Part shown: in pieces, positions 19,264 through 29,606 of the stretch
How positions within the stretch are numbered: position 1 is the stretch's first letter
How the letters are laid out: each line of letters opens with the position of its first letter
Source: Candidatus Auribacterota bacterium
GTDB taxonomy: Bacteria > Auribacterota > Tritonobacteria > UBA1439
Reading direction: 5' to 3'
NCBI GenBank assembly: GCA_026392015.1
Contig: JAPLCW010000172.1
Location: forward strand, 6,320-70,319
Length of the DNA stretch: 64,000 bases
Notes under the pieces: generated by a model
What the model was told of the DNA's origin: nothing
What the model saw: the letters and a program-made list of their open reading frames with translations, nothing else
Databases searched by the model: none
Translations under genes and position numbers: made by a program

Positions 19264-19585
19264 TCTGCCTTATTCAGCAGGGATAAAAAAGAATTTTTAT
19301 AACAGATAAGGGCATGCAACCGCGGATTATGCGGATTGCGCGGATTACGCAAGGCGAGTTAGTGTGGGGTCCTGTAAATAGCCTACAAAATCGTGTCATT
19401 GCGAGGAGCGAAGCGACGAAGCAATCCGTTATCCAGTAAACCGAGATTGCTTCGCTTCGCTCGCAATGACATTATATTAGTAACGAAATTTCTGAGTCAC
19501 GACTCTAGTAAAGCTTTACCCAAATGCATATAGAATCCGCGTAATCCGCGGTTAAAACATCTAAATTGATGATCGGATCAGCTTA
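19261..19585. mobile_element. MITE family 2 copy carrying a nested family 4 palindrome
   Basis: Ends are TA-ATCTGCCTTATTCAGCAG ... GATGATCGGATCAGCT-TA. The TAA and TTA termini are the stop codons of the two convergent genes. The interior is split by an insert of about 170 nt. Confidence 0.75.
19394..19471. repeat. palindromic repeat family 4
   Basis: tgtcattgcgaggagcgaagcgacgaagcaatc...gattgcttcgcttcgctcgcaatgaca. A second copy lies at 57207-57291 and a half copy near 62255-62285. Confidence 0.8.
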
Positions 19586-20569
19586 AAAATTTGCCAGGAT
19601 CCTCGATCCGTCCATATCAAACTTGTAGGGGATCTCGCGCAGCCCCGCACTGCGAAGGATTTTTCTCAATTCAGACCGCTTATTCTCACAGTAGAAGACG
19701 AAGAAGCCCCCGCCGCCCGCGCCCATGATTTTTCCGCCGAGCGCGCCATTCTTTTTCGCAAGCTCATACCACGCATCTATCCTCTCGCTGCTCACCTTCC
19801 CCGAGAGCCCCCTCTTCGCCTGCCAGTGAACATCCAGGAGCGTGCCGAATCTTTTGAGATCCTCTTTCTCGAGGGCATCCAGAACCTCCAGGCCGACATC
19901 CCGGATGACGTGGAGCTTTTCCACCACGATCTTCTCATCCTTTTCCGTTGCGCTCTTTTGATCCGAGAGTATATCGAGAGCTTCGCGGTTGATCCCTGTA
20001 TAAAACATGAGCAGATTGTTCTCGAGCTCCCTGATCGCCTCATGGGATATCTTCGCGGGGCGCGGGGTAACCTTCCCGCTCTTGTCGATCTCGAGAACGG
20101 TAATCCCCCCGAACGCCGCCATATACTGGTCCTGCTTCCCTATGGGTTTCCTTAGAATATCGATCTCGATATGACACGCCTCTTCCGCCAGTGTATGCCG
20201 GGGTATATGCTCCCCCTTGAGGACGTGGAGCGCGTTGAGCAATCCCACGATAAAGCAGCTCGATGAACCCATGCCCGTTCCCGCGGGGGCGTCGGCGATC
20301 GAGCTGATCTCTATAGATCCCCGAATCCCCAATTGCCCGAGGGCTTCGCGCACAAGCATATGGTGAATCTCCGAAAGGTCGCCCACAAACTCGGTTCTTG
20401 AATAGTTGATCTTGATCATGTCATCGCAGACGCGCCGGTTGACCACGATATACATATATTTATCGATTGCGGCGCTCACCATCTTGCAGCCGAATCGCGA
20501 GTAGTATGAAGGCAGGTCGGTGCCCCCGCCGCCGAGGGGAATCCGCATCGGCGTTCTGGTAATGATCAT
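19583..20569 (-). CDS. GHMP-family sugar kinase (heptose-7-phosphate kinase / fucokinase-like)
   Basis: MIITRTPMRIPLGGGGTDLPSYY, GTGMGSSS, GAGGGGFF. The track start at 20575 is GTG. ATG at 20569 is preceded by AAGGAG. Confidence 0.75.
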   Translation of the reverse strand: MIITRTPMRIPLGGGGTDLPSYYSRFGCKMVSAAIDKYMYIVVNRRVCDDMIKINYSRTEFVGDLSEIHHMLVREALGQLGIRGSIEISSIADAPAGTGMGSSSCFIVGLLNALHVLKGEHIPRHTLAEEACHIEIDILRKPIGKQDQYMAAFGGITVLEIDKSGKVTPRPAKISHEAIRELENNLLMFYTGINREALDILSDQKSATEKDEKIVVEKLHVIRDVGLEVLDALEKEDLKRFGTLLDVHWQAKRGLSGKVSSERIDAWYELAKKNGALGGKIMGAGGGGFFVFYCENKRSELRKILRSAGLREIPYKFDMDGSRILANF

Positions 20570-20622
20570 AACCACTCCTTTATTTGGATATTCCTTCTCA
20601 AGCCCCTGTCACATTCACTCTA

Positions 20623-20775
20623 TGCTGATCTATTCATCAACTATTAACGTCTTAACCGCGGATTACGCTGATTACGCGGATTATTGTGTGTAATCCGCCT
20701 AATCCGCAAAATCCGCGGTTTCATACTCTAATCTATTTGAATTGCTCTTTTATGCTCCTGCTGAATGACCCATGC
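20623..20775. mobile_element. MITE family 2 (inverted orientation)
   Basis: TA-TGCTGATCTATTCATCAAC ... CTGCTGAATGACCCATGC-TA, with interior hairpin aaccgcggattacgctgattacgcggatt / aatccgcctaatccgcaaaatccgcggtt. The right TA is part of the stop codon at 20775-20777. Confidence 0.75.
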
Positions 20776-22940
20776 TATAGACTACTAAACTTCAGCGCAC
20801 GAAACAGAGGGAAATCGTCTCTGCCCTCAATCCTTATCCTGTGAATGCCGGGAGCAAGAGTAACCGTCCCCAGGCTCCGCCATGCGTAGCCGGGGTGCGC
20901 ACCCTCATTTTCAGTATACAGATTCAGATTCTGCACACGCATATCCCCATCACAATAGACAGAGATAGGGCACGCTCGTGCAACCGCAAATTCCCCGTAT
21001 AGATGGAAACTCCCTTCCTGAACAAATTCAAGATCATAATCGCAGAAATAAGCGTCACCCGGATACCGAAGATCGCTGCCCACAAGCGGGAAATGGAGCC
21101 AGTAAGGGAAAAAGAGGTCGTAATCCGCCTCATAAAAGCCATGTCGAGGCACTCCTCTCGCACCGATCGCGAGAGGAGCGGTGATGAGGTCGCTGTAGGT
21201 GTACGCGCTCGCATAGATCGTCTCCCCCATGGAAACGCGCAGCGGGTTTCTCCGGCAAAGGAATACGCCGCAATTGTCCGGCAGTAACGTCGCACGCTCG
21301 ATAATAGTGTAGCCCTCGTAGGATTTAAGTACCTTATAGAACAGATCGACACTGCCGAAGTTTCTGCGCAGCGTGCCTTCCCACTCGCGAGCCGAGAAGA
21401 AATTGGCCATCTCGCTCCAATCCGGATTTTCACCATTTCGTCTGTCCATCACGATGAGATACTCAAACGACATCGCATGCTCCAGAAACGCTTCCGGCGT
21501 GTGACGGCTTCGGTAGATGAATTTGTCAGGGCTGTCGCATCTGAAATAGTAGTCGAGAATCGCGGTATTGTATTCCTGCCAGCGATCGGAGCCCGTTGTT
21601 TCAATAACCCCGATACGCGCATATTTTGCATCAGTGTCGCGGCTCCTGACCCCCTGCGCGATCTTCTGCATCACCTCCTGATAGTTATTGGGGTACGGCG
21701 GCCGATACGGAGTATTGTAACCGTCCGGCTCAGATGGTTTGCCATAGGGATTATTCGGAGTCCAGAGCAGATAGCCTTCCCGGGAAAAGGAAGCGGAAAA
21801 ATACTGCACAAGCCCCAACAGAATAGCTCCCGCGATCACAGCCCTTTTTAAAAATAGTCTCTTCCATGACATGATACCAATTGCGCTGATCAGGGCTATG
21901 GCGGGCAGGCAGGGATAGAAATCGGTATCCCTTTTGATATTGGATATCGTCCAGAGGGCATATGTCACAATAACCCAGCTTGAGATAATTCTCTTGTGCA
22001 TAGATCTCGAACGTAGATAGCCGGGCAGCGACAACGCGAATATAAATGCATACAGAAGACTTACGCTGATAATTCCATGCACTGGATGAAATAAAAACCA
22101 CTTAAAGGTAAGAGGGATTTGTCGCTGATAGGCGTACGCCCATGAAAACGGATAATCCGTTACTGTAACAAAATAAGCCCTCCAGAGGGCCCCGGCGATA
22201 CCCCACCACCAGGGGGAGGACACAATCATCGATGCAAGGATGGCGATAATAAAGTTAATCAGACACCCCCGCCGTTGCGGGCGCCTTTCCACCACTCCCA
22301 TAAAGAAGTCGACCAGCATCGGGCCGCCGATATAGAGAATGATCTGACCCTTGGTCAATATTCCCAGGCCGGTCACTACACCGAACAATAGTGAATATTT
22401 TCTATTACGAAACGAGTCCGTGCAGATGAGGACGGAAACAGCCAGTGACGTCATCGCAGTGACGGGAAAATCGAGTCCGAATTTCCTGGATTGCCCCCAG
22501 ATGGCGGGATACAAGCTCACCAGAGCAGCCGCGAACAGGCCCGCGGCGGACGAATAACACCTTTTCCCGATGAAATATGTCGATATGATGAGGATGCCGA
22601 AAAACAAAATATTGCACTGGATTATTGTCGTGAGCCGGAGCCCGAATAAAAAGCATGGGATTGTCGCCACCAGATGCACGAGCTTGGGCCACATGTAGGT
22701 GCAATGAAAAGGGAGGCTGTCTTCGTGAAGAAGAGAAAGAATCTTGTCGATTTTAGCCAAGGGAGAAACGGCGCTGCGCAGAATATCGCTTATTGCATAA
22801 TAAAACTTCACCACCAGTTGCAGATGCCCCACCACGTCCCGGCCATACAGGGATGCTCCGTAACGAATCCATATCGCGTTTGACACCGCGTATAAAATCA
22901 GCAGGAGAGACAGGATTCCAAATATATATTTTGCCTTCAC
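20775..22940 (-). CDS. ArnT/PMT-like GT-C glycosyltransferase with large C-terminal soluble domain
   Basis: 721 aa. GTG start preceded by AAGGGG. About 400 aa of helices are followed by a hydrophilic domain of about 320 aa. Confidence 0.6.
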   Translation of the reverse strand: MKAKYIFGILSLLLILYAVSNAIWIRYGASLYGRDVVGHLQLVVKFYYAISDILRSAVSPLAKIDKILSLLHEDSLPFHCTYMWPKLVHLVATIPCFLFGLRLTTIIQCNILFFGILIISTYFIGKRCYSSAAGLFAAALVSLYPAIWGQSRKFGLDFPVTAMTSLAVSVLICTDSFRNRKYSLLFGVVTGLGILTKGQIILYIGGPMLVDFFMGVVERRPQRRGCLINFIIAILASMIVSSPWWWGIAGALWRAYFVTVTDYPFSWAYAYQRQIPLTFKWFLFHPVHGIISVSLLYAFIFALSLPGYLRSRSMHKRIISSWVIVTYALWTISNIKRDTDFYPCLPAIALISAIGIMSWKRLFLKRAVIAGAILLGLVQYFSASFSREGYLLWTPNNPYGKPSEPDGYNTPYRPPYPNNYQEVMQKIAQGVRSRDTDAKYARIGVIETTGSDRWQEYNTAILDYYFRCDSPDKFIYRSRHTPEAFLEHAMSFEYLIVMDRRNGENPDWSEMANFFSAREWEGTLRRNFGSVDLFYKVLKSYEGYTIIERATLLPDNCGVFLCRRNPLRVSMGETIYASAYTYSDLITAPLAIGARGVPRHGFYEADYDLFFPYWLHFPLVGSDLRYPGDAYFCDYDLEFVQEGSFHLYGEFAVARACPISVYCDGDMRVQNLNLYTENEGAHPGYAWRSLGTVTLAPGIHRIRIEGRDDFPLFRALKFSSL

Positions 22941-22953
22941 ATGACCCCTTCGA

Positions 22954-24756
22954 CTATAAGCTATAATATGGTAGTGTTAGACCATACTGAAAGGCCGGCT
23001 TGAATTCCGGCGCAATGCGTTGTATGTACTCAACCTGTTTTCTCGGATCGCAATTGCATATCGCATTTACCGCGCACCCGAGCCCCTGATAACAATAGCT
23101 CAGATACTCTGCGGGAACCCACTGTAACTTGGTTCTCCAAAGAGGGACATCTTCCGGTCTGAAATATTGCGATGCAATGCTCTGCCCCTGCGCACGATAA
23201 AAATACGGATACCACTTCGTAGAGACCCCCATAAGCCAGATCGCAATGCATTGGTCTTGTGCCACCCCCATATATTGCTGGCACTCCAGAATGACACTGC
23301 ACGCAACTCCCATGATACACGCTTCAGAATCAGATTCATCCTGGATTTTCTTCTCGCATAGACTCAGAGCGTGATCGAGATCATCATGGGAGTTATCATA
23401 CAGGCGCAAGCCGAGCATTTCATAGGAATAGCCCTTCATGCGCAGGCCCGTGGCAAAATCACCCATCACGGTATAGCTGAGCAGGTATATCGCGTTGATG
23501 AGCATCACCGAAACAAAAAGACGCTTCAGCCAATGATGTTTCCGCTTTGATAGTTCCTCCATGCCTAGCGCTATGAGAATAAATAGGAAAGGGTAGAAAG
23601 AGACAAGATAGCGATAGCCATCCATTGGCTTTGCGTCGGACGAAACTTTCAAACGGGTCGCTGCGTAAAATAAACTGAATGCGACCAGATAGAGAAGAAA
23701 AAAAGCTCCCCTGCAGGATTCGATGGATCGTTTTGTTGCCGGACGGAGGCTACATATATTGCGTGCAAGAACCGCAATCTCGCTTTTATATAAATACAGA
23801 TAGCTTTGCACCGCTATGACTGCGAAGATATAGAATATTCCGTTCAAAACATTCCCCGGAATCCCCCATAGTTCCTTGGATGGGAAAGGACGCATCAGAG
23901 CGACACCCCATAGCTCAGCGAATTTGATCGGTATCAGCGACACCTTCCCTACCGCTACGTATCCATTGAGGAGGAGGTATCGCAGTCCCGAAAAGTTCGT
24001 ATACCAGTAGTCATAAAGGGCGGGAATCGCGCCCAGAAAGAATCCTATGAGCACAATCACAAATCTTCTCGTAAAAATGAAATAGGGGTTATGCATGCGC
24101 CATAATATCAGAATGCACAGAGTCACGACACATACTACCGGACAAAACCATATTCCAAAGCTGATGAGCGCCCCCAGAAGGCCGGCTGTAAGCAGTTCCT
24201 GGCGACCGGTCACTTGATCTACCCCTTCGACGGAGTTCCCTCGCGATCGTGGATTACCCTGGGGCTCATATGTTTTGGCGCAGAATAGCTTGAAGAAAAG
24301 GTACCAGATAGCCATCGTTATGAGAATTGATTGGGAGTTGGCCCCCTCAACCTTGAGATTCAACTGGCCAACGATGGGCGGAGAAAAAATGTAGAGTAGA
24401 CCCGCCCACAAAGCTGTGCGTTGAGAAAAATAATTCCTCAAGAGCAGGTAAAAGATAGTAAACGTCCCTGCGGAAAACGTCAGCGCAACCAGTTTCAGTG
24501 AGACATAGCTCTGTCCGAAGATGACAAAATACGGAATTGCGCAAAAACTGACGATCAACGAACCGCTCTGGTATTCGATATAGCGCAATTGCAGCAGCGG
24601 GAGAAAGAGCCCTCGAAGCATCTCTCTGGCCAATGTCCCGTTATACAGCTCCTCGAGTTGGGTCAGCGAGGAAAAATCGAAAAAGAGTATGATCAGCCGC
24701 GTTGCGAGAAATAGAAGCAGCAATATCGCGAGCGTTTTGTCACGGAAGTAATTCAT
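22954..24756 (-). CDS. polytopic membrane protein, putative GT-C-fold glycosyltransferase
   Basis: 600 aa. N-terminus LLLLFLATRLIILFF..., helices throughout the first ~440 aa, and a soluble C-terminal domain. The gene overlaps the upstream gene by 17 nt. Confidence 0.55.
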   Translation of the reverse strand: MNYFRDKTLAILLLLFLATRLIILFFDFSSLTQLEELYNGTLAREMLRGLFLPLLQLRYIEYQSGSLIVSFCAIPYFVIFGQSYVSLKLVALTFSAGTFTIFYLLLRNYFSQRTALWAGLLYIFSPPIVGQLNLKVEGANSQSILITMAIWYLFFKLFCAKTYEPQGNPRSRGNSVEGVDQVTGRQELLTAGLLGALISFGIWFCPVVCVVTLCILILWRMHNPYFIFTRRFVIVLIGFFLGAIPALYDYWYTNFSGLRYLLLNGYVAVGKVSLIPIKFAELWGVALMRPFPSKELWGIPGNVLNGIFYIFAVIAVQSYLYLYKSEIAVLARNICSLRPATKRSIESCRGAFFLLYLVAFSLFYAATRLKVSSDAKPMDGYRYLVSFYPFLFILIALGMEELSKRKHHWLKRLFVSVMLINAIYLLSYTVMGDFATGLRMKGYSYEMLGLRLYDNSHDDLDHALSLCEKKIQDESDSEACIMGVACSVILECQQYMGVAQDQCIAIWLMGVSTKWYPYFYRAQGQSIASQYFRPEDVPLWRTKLQWVPAEYLSYCYQGLGCAVNAICNCDPRKQVEYIQRIAPEFKPAFQYGLTLPYYSL

Positions 24757-26380
24757 ATATCGTGCACTCCGCGTCAGAATATCGCAGTTTCAGGTGCGGC
24801 CTAGGCTGATAATCAGCCGGAGCTAAAATATAGCGCAACTTGTATTTTTTATACAATGTAGATGCATTACGCGGGATATCCGGCAGTAACACCTCATCAA
24901 CTTCCCCGTATTTTCGCTCCACGCTTTCCTGATACCTTGATAAATACCCGACGAGCCTCGGTCTATTGTACAGCGTTTGAAGACAATGGGCCTTGCACTT
25001 GTCATTAAGGGTATCCACTATTGCTCCGGGAGGCAATCGCTTGATCACATCGACATAGGGCGGAGGATCCAGCAGGGTTGCGTTCATCGGCGCTGGCAGA
25101 TATTCACCCACAAGCAGGACTACAAAGAGGACTCTCAGAACATTACTCTTTAAAAACTCGCTAAAAAACCTTGTGCATGCCATAGAGACTATGACCCCTG
25201 CCGAAAGGAACAGCATAACGGCCATCCTCACGGTGCAGCCGGCAACCCGCAATGGCGGGATAAGGTAGGTCAAGGCTCCATAGGGAAGAATAATTCCGGG
25301 AATTACTACTCCTGCGATGCGAAGGGTCGACCCAAGGGCAAGGAGAAAAAAGAAAATGAAGATCCCGTACCACAACCGTATATGCTTCGCATCAATTCGA
25401 TTTCTATTTACCCACGCATACACCAGGATAAACATCACCGAAAAACCGAGATGCACACTGGTTTCAGAGGTAGCCAAAGGAGTCCGCGACCAGAAAAATC
25501 TCGTCAATTCGCCAAAACGCCAATGAGCGCCGTATACAAATAGAGACATCACGTCAAGCCCGCCATCCGCAGCTCCTGCACTAAACGGATCTCTTGCATT
25601 TGCGAACAAAAATAAGCCCACGAGAACACCTGTAGTGACAAGGCTGAGATATAGGAAAAGCATAATAGGCCACACATAGTCTCGCCTGAAGATGAATAAA
25701 AAATCCTTTCTCCGCCACCCTCTATGGAGAAGCAGGATCCCGCCGGTCATAACCGAGTAGAAAGCATAGTAGTAGTCGCACAAAATCACGAGGAAAAGAG
25801 TGATGGCCGATGCAATTGCCCTGAACGTTGATGGCTCTTCCAGCAAGAGATAAAAAACAGCAATAAAGAGGGGCAGCCACTCCAATGAGACAAGTTGCAT
25901 ATGCCCCTGCGCCTGTCCAAAATGGTAACTTGAAAAAGTAAAAATATAACCCGCCAGGATGCTACCCCAGTACGATCGAGAAAAAATATAGGCCAGATAG
26001 AACGCCGACCATCCCCCCATAACAAATGAGAATATGACCATTACGTTGAATGCTTCACCGAGCGTGAGAAACTTCTGGAGAAGGATTCCTATATAGCCAT
26101 TGAATGGGTTCAGTGTATGTCCCAACAGCGTCGAGCCATGCGGGTAGTGCAGGTAATTTGTATACCAGACAGGCTGATGGAGCTCTGTCACCGCCTTATT
26201 GACCCACCACATATTCCATAAATTTTGACACCCATCTCCCTCGTCTTGAAAATAGTGCGTGCTGAATTTTAAAATGAGGGGAAATGTAAGTATGACAAAG
26301 CACACCAAATAGAATATTAACGGGAAGAGGAGCATCCGGGGAAAGTCATTGAAGATAGAATAGTTCCCTTTTGCATTCAT
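24740..26380 (-). CDS. polytopic membrane protein (YfhO-like/GT-C-like, uncertain)
   Basis: ATG at 26380 (MNAKGNYS...); the track start at 26413 is GTG. About 12 or more helices and a short soluble C-terminus. Confidence 0.5.
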   Translation of the reverse strand: MNAKGNYSIFNDFPRMLLFPLIFYLVCFVILTFPLILKFSTHYFQDEGDGCQNLWNMWWVNKAVTELHQPVWYTNYLHYPHGSTLLGHTLNPFNGYIGILLQKFLTLGEAFNVMVIFSFVMGGWSAFYLAYIFSRSYWGSILAGYIFTFSSYHFGQAQGHMQLVSLEWLPLFIAVFYLLLEEPSTFRAIASAITLFLVILCDYYYAFYSVMTGGILLLHRGWRRKDFLFIFRRDYVWPIMLFLYLSLVTTGVLVGLFLFANARDPFSAGAADGGLDVMSLFVYGAHWRFGELTRFFWSRTPLATSETSVHLGFSVMFILVYAWVNRNRIDAKHIRLWYGIFIFFFLLALGSTLRIAGVVIPGIILPYGALTYLIPPLRVAGCTVRMAVMLFLSAGVIVSMACTRFFSEFLKSNVLRVLFVVLLVGEYLPAPMNATLLDPPPYVDVIKRLPPGAIVDTLNDKCKAHCLQTLYNRPRLVGYLSRYQESVERKYGEVDEVLLPDIPRNASTLYKKYKLRYILAPADYQPRPHLKLRYSDAECTIYELLP

Positions 26381-26400
26381 AGTCACACTAAGAGCACTTT

Positions 26401-27633
26401 TTATATCTCGCACTGTGATGCCAAAGCAACCTTTCCCCGCAGGGACGTGCGAATTTCACATATATAAAGGCCCCAGACGAAATAGGCGACGACCAATGGA
26501 TGATACTCCCAAAATATATTGAGAAGGAAACTGAATCTCTTTAATCCCGGCAGGGGAGTTTCACCGGAGAGAATCGAGGGAAGGAGCAGAAGAACAATAA
26601 GGGGGATATATGCCTTTATATTCCTCGCTCGTTTCACTATGAAATATGTAGGCAGAAGCAACAGAACATAATAATAATCTTTGAAACGAGGAAGAATCAA
26701 GGCGTACACCACACAGGCCAGGAATATTATTATCTTGTCTTTATCCGGGAATCGACATGAGCGCACCGCGTTACATGCACGAATGCTTAAAGCGACTATG
26801 GCCGCAGCGAGCGCGATGAAAGCCACCCAATGGATTCCCTGTATTTCAACCACGCCCATTTTGTCCGCCAACGCATGGATAATGTCTTTGACAAAAGCAA
26901 GGGTTGAAGGTTGAATCAATCCGTTTTCCTCACCAAGGTAACATAACGCATTATGAACGAATTCCTCGAATAAGAGGGGGGAACTGAAATAGGAAACGGC
27001 CGTTGCACACAAAATAGCACCGATTGACCCCAAAAAGTATAGATGCCTTCGCTTATCTTCTGTGAACCATAAAAGAAATAAAAACAGCACTGGTGTAATC
27101 TTAATGATTGCTGCAATAACAATTAATGCACAGAATAATGCCATTCTTCTTTTTATAAAGCACGAAAACGCAATCCATTCCAGGAATAGTTCGAACAAAT
27201 GGATGCTCCCTGCTCTAAAATCTAAATAGATGGCACTCCGAAAGCCGAGCAAACATAAAAAATAGAAGAACAGATCTGTGTCCCTCTCGAGAAATTCCAC
27301 CCTCCAAAAATATATGAGCCCGACCAACAGTATGCACTTAATGAACAGGAATAATTGGCAGGCAACATTGTAGTCAAACAAGGTAAAAGGCATAAAGAGC
27401 CATAGCATAAAATATGGATAGGTATAGAGATTCAGAGAAGTTTTAGCTATTTCATTCACCGTCTTGCCACTATAAGGATCCAACCCTGCTGCATACGCTT
27501 TCGCCGCACAATAATTGGTCGTAAAATCCCACTGGAATGTATTTGGAACTGTACCTATCTTCGCTACAACGAGTATGCAATAGGCTAATAACTGACCATA
27601 CACGATTGCCATAAAATAACATTTCTTCATCAT
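26401..27633 (-). CDS. GT87/DUF2029-like polytopic membrane glycosyltransferase (PimE-like)
   Basis: 410 aa, entirely helical. The N-terminal loop WDFTTNYCAAKAYAAGLDPY resembles the DF..YY.A......G..PY signature of this family. Confidence 0.55.
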   Translation of the reverse strand: MMKKCYFMAIVYGQLLAYCILVVAKIGTVPNTFQWDFTTNYCAAKAYAAGLDPYSGKTVNEIAKTSLNLYTYPYFMLWLFMPFTLFDYNVACQLFLFIKCILLVGLIYFWRVEFLERDTDLFFYFLCLLGFRSAIYLDFRAGSIHLFELFLEWIAFSCFIKRRMALFCALIVIAAIIKITPVLFLFLLWFTEDKRRHLYFLGSIGAILCATAVSYFSSPLLFEEFVHNALCYLGEENGLIQPSTLAFVKDIIHALADKMGVVEIQGIHWVAFIALAAAIVALSIRACNAVRSCRFPDKDKIIIFLACVVYALILPRFKDYYYVLLLLPTYFIVKRARNIKAYIPLIVLLLLPSILSGETPLPGLKRFSFLLNIFWEYHPLVVAYFVWGLYICEIRTSLRGKVALASQCEI

Positions 27634-27650
27634 TTTATCCTATTGAATGA

Positions 27651-28690
27651 TCATGTCCCCACCCGCCTCTTCCTCGACAAAAAGAAGCAAAGCGCCAATG
27701 AGACAAGGGCTATTATGATCAAAAACCTGTATTTAGGGAAATACAAAGATATAATCGTATTTCCGTCTTTCGGGCATACAAATGCCAATTGCCCATCCAC
27801 ACTAAATAAACCTATTTCGTTATTCCCCTGATATGCTCTCCAAGCCGGGGAATAATTCGTTCTCACTACAACCTTCTCTCCCCTCACAACCCTGCGAAGA
27901 CGAACGAGCTTTGAGAAATAGTCACGCGTTTCCAGATCGCCCGAGCCATTAAAAACGACCACACTCCTCGGATCGGCTTGAAGGAACTCATATATCTCCC
28001 CTTGGACCGGTTCAAAACCCTGCGTCTTACTCGAATCGATCCTCCAAATGCGAGTATAAGAGCCTGGCTGCGCAGCGAAATAGTGCCGTGCTTCCTCGAT
28101 CCACAGCACGAGGTATCTAATGCCCCATCTTCTAAGAAGTGCTTTGATTTCCTCCTGTGGATATTCCGACAAGAAGCGTCCCTTGTATGTGCCGTCGATG
28201 AATGTATTGCCCCTGAAAAGGCTGGGATGGAATCCTTCCGTATTTACAGAAAAGAAATTCTTTGCTGCTTCATCCGCCACAACGCCTACAAGGTGTACAT
28301 CATCAGACCATTTCTCGCTCGTTCTCCCCGGATTGGTTTCAGTCGCATAATTCCAGCCCCCTTGCGCCTCGAACAACACGAGATTCCCCTGCAATTGGCG
28401 GATTTGCTTTAAAAAATCAGGATTGTAACAGGTCAAATTCTTCAATCTGGGGGTGGACCAGGCGGGGTATTTTAAGTGTACTGATAATGGGTCAATCTCG
28501 TGGGGTATTTGTCGCGATCCTCATCCCAATTCAGGATCAACTGCGGAATAAATTCCAGGTGGGACCCAGCATAAAACCCTGACTCCTTCTGGATTTTACC
28601 CCATGGCGATCGGGCAGGAGTGACAAATTCTATAATCCCCCATGAGTGACCCATTACAAAGATGTTACATCCATTCGGTATTACACGCAT
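27651..28690 (-). pseudogene. frameshifted gene or gene fragment encoding a soluble domain with a C-terminal membrane anchor
   Basis: ORF 28690-28472 starts with ATG. ORF 28445-27651 contains no Met at all and only a TTG start. Its frame stays open upstream to 28520, overlapping the first ORF, so a single +/-1 shift between 28472 and 28520 would fuse them. Confidence 0.45.
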
Positions 28691-28770
28691 TGTAGCATGG
28701 ATCGGGGGATAATGCTATAATGTACCAGTTTGATCAAACTGCAATTATAGTCAGTGGAGGCGTGTCGAAG

Positions 28771-29604
28771 ATGCTCAGCGTGATCGTGCCGGTATATAAC
28801 GAGAGAGAAACTGTGGGACAGGTGCTGGCGGAGATAGACTCCTCCCTCACGGAGATTGACCACGAGATCATTGTGGTCGACGACGGCAGCACCGACGGTT
28901 CCCAAGAGTCTCTCAAGGGGATCAATGGAATAAAGTTGATCCGCCAAAGCGAAAATTGCGGCTACGGATATTCGATCAAGGCCGGCATCATGGAAGCCCG
29001 GGGCGAGAATATCGCCATCATCGATGCCGATGGCACCTATCCGGCCTGCAGGATACCGGAAATGCTCGCTCTCATGAACACTCATCAGATGGTCGTCGCC
29101 GCCAGGAAACCGCTCCCGCGATTCAATTATCTGGCAAAGTTGATACTGCGCGGGATTGTCTGGATTCTGACGAGGAGCAGCGTTCCCGACCTTAACTCGG
29201 GATTGCGGATCTTCAGGAAGGAACTGGCGGAGAAATACATGCACCTGCTCCCCGATGGCTACTCTTTCACCACCACCCTCACCATCGCATGTCTCTCAAA
29301 CCATCACAAAATCGCCTATCTCCCGATCGACTATCGCATGCGAAGGGGCCACAGCAAGCTGAAACCGTTGCGGGAGTTCTTTAAATTTATCATCCTCATC
29401 GTCCGGCTGGTCACGTACTTCAAACCCCTTGAGGTATTCCTTCCCGCGAGCGCGCTTCTTTTTCTCGCCGGCCTCGCGGTGGGATTTTACAGTCTCGTTG
29501 TGTACCATAGGGTAATGGATGTCACCATGATCGTCCTTATGTTATTTTCCGTGCAGATAGCGCTCCTCGGCCTCCTCGCGGATCTCATCAACAGAAAAAA
29601 ATAA
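28771..29604 (+). CDS. family 2 glycosyltransferase, GtrB/ArnC-like with two C-terminal TM helices
   Basis: ATG at 28771 is preceded by GGAGG; ATG at 28720 is an alternative. Motifs LSVIVPVYNERETV, IIVVDDGSTDGS and IIDADGTY. The C-terminal helices are typical of polyisoprenyl-phosphate glycosyltransferases. Confidence 0.8.
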   Translation: MLSVIVPVYNERETVGQVLAEIDSSLTEIDHEIIVVDDGSTDGSQESLKGINGIKLIRQSENCGYGYSIKAGIMEARGENIAIIDADGTYPACRIPEMLALMNTHQMVVAARKPLPRFNYLAKLILRGIVWILTRSSVPDLNSGLRIFRKELAEKYMHLLPDGYSFTTTLTIACLSNHHKIAYLPIDYRMRRGHSKLKPLREFFKFIILIVRLVTYFKPLEVFLPASALLFLAGLAVGFYSLVVYHRVMDVTMIVLMLFSVQIALLGLLADLINRKK

Positions 29605-29606
29605 TC

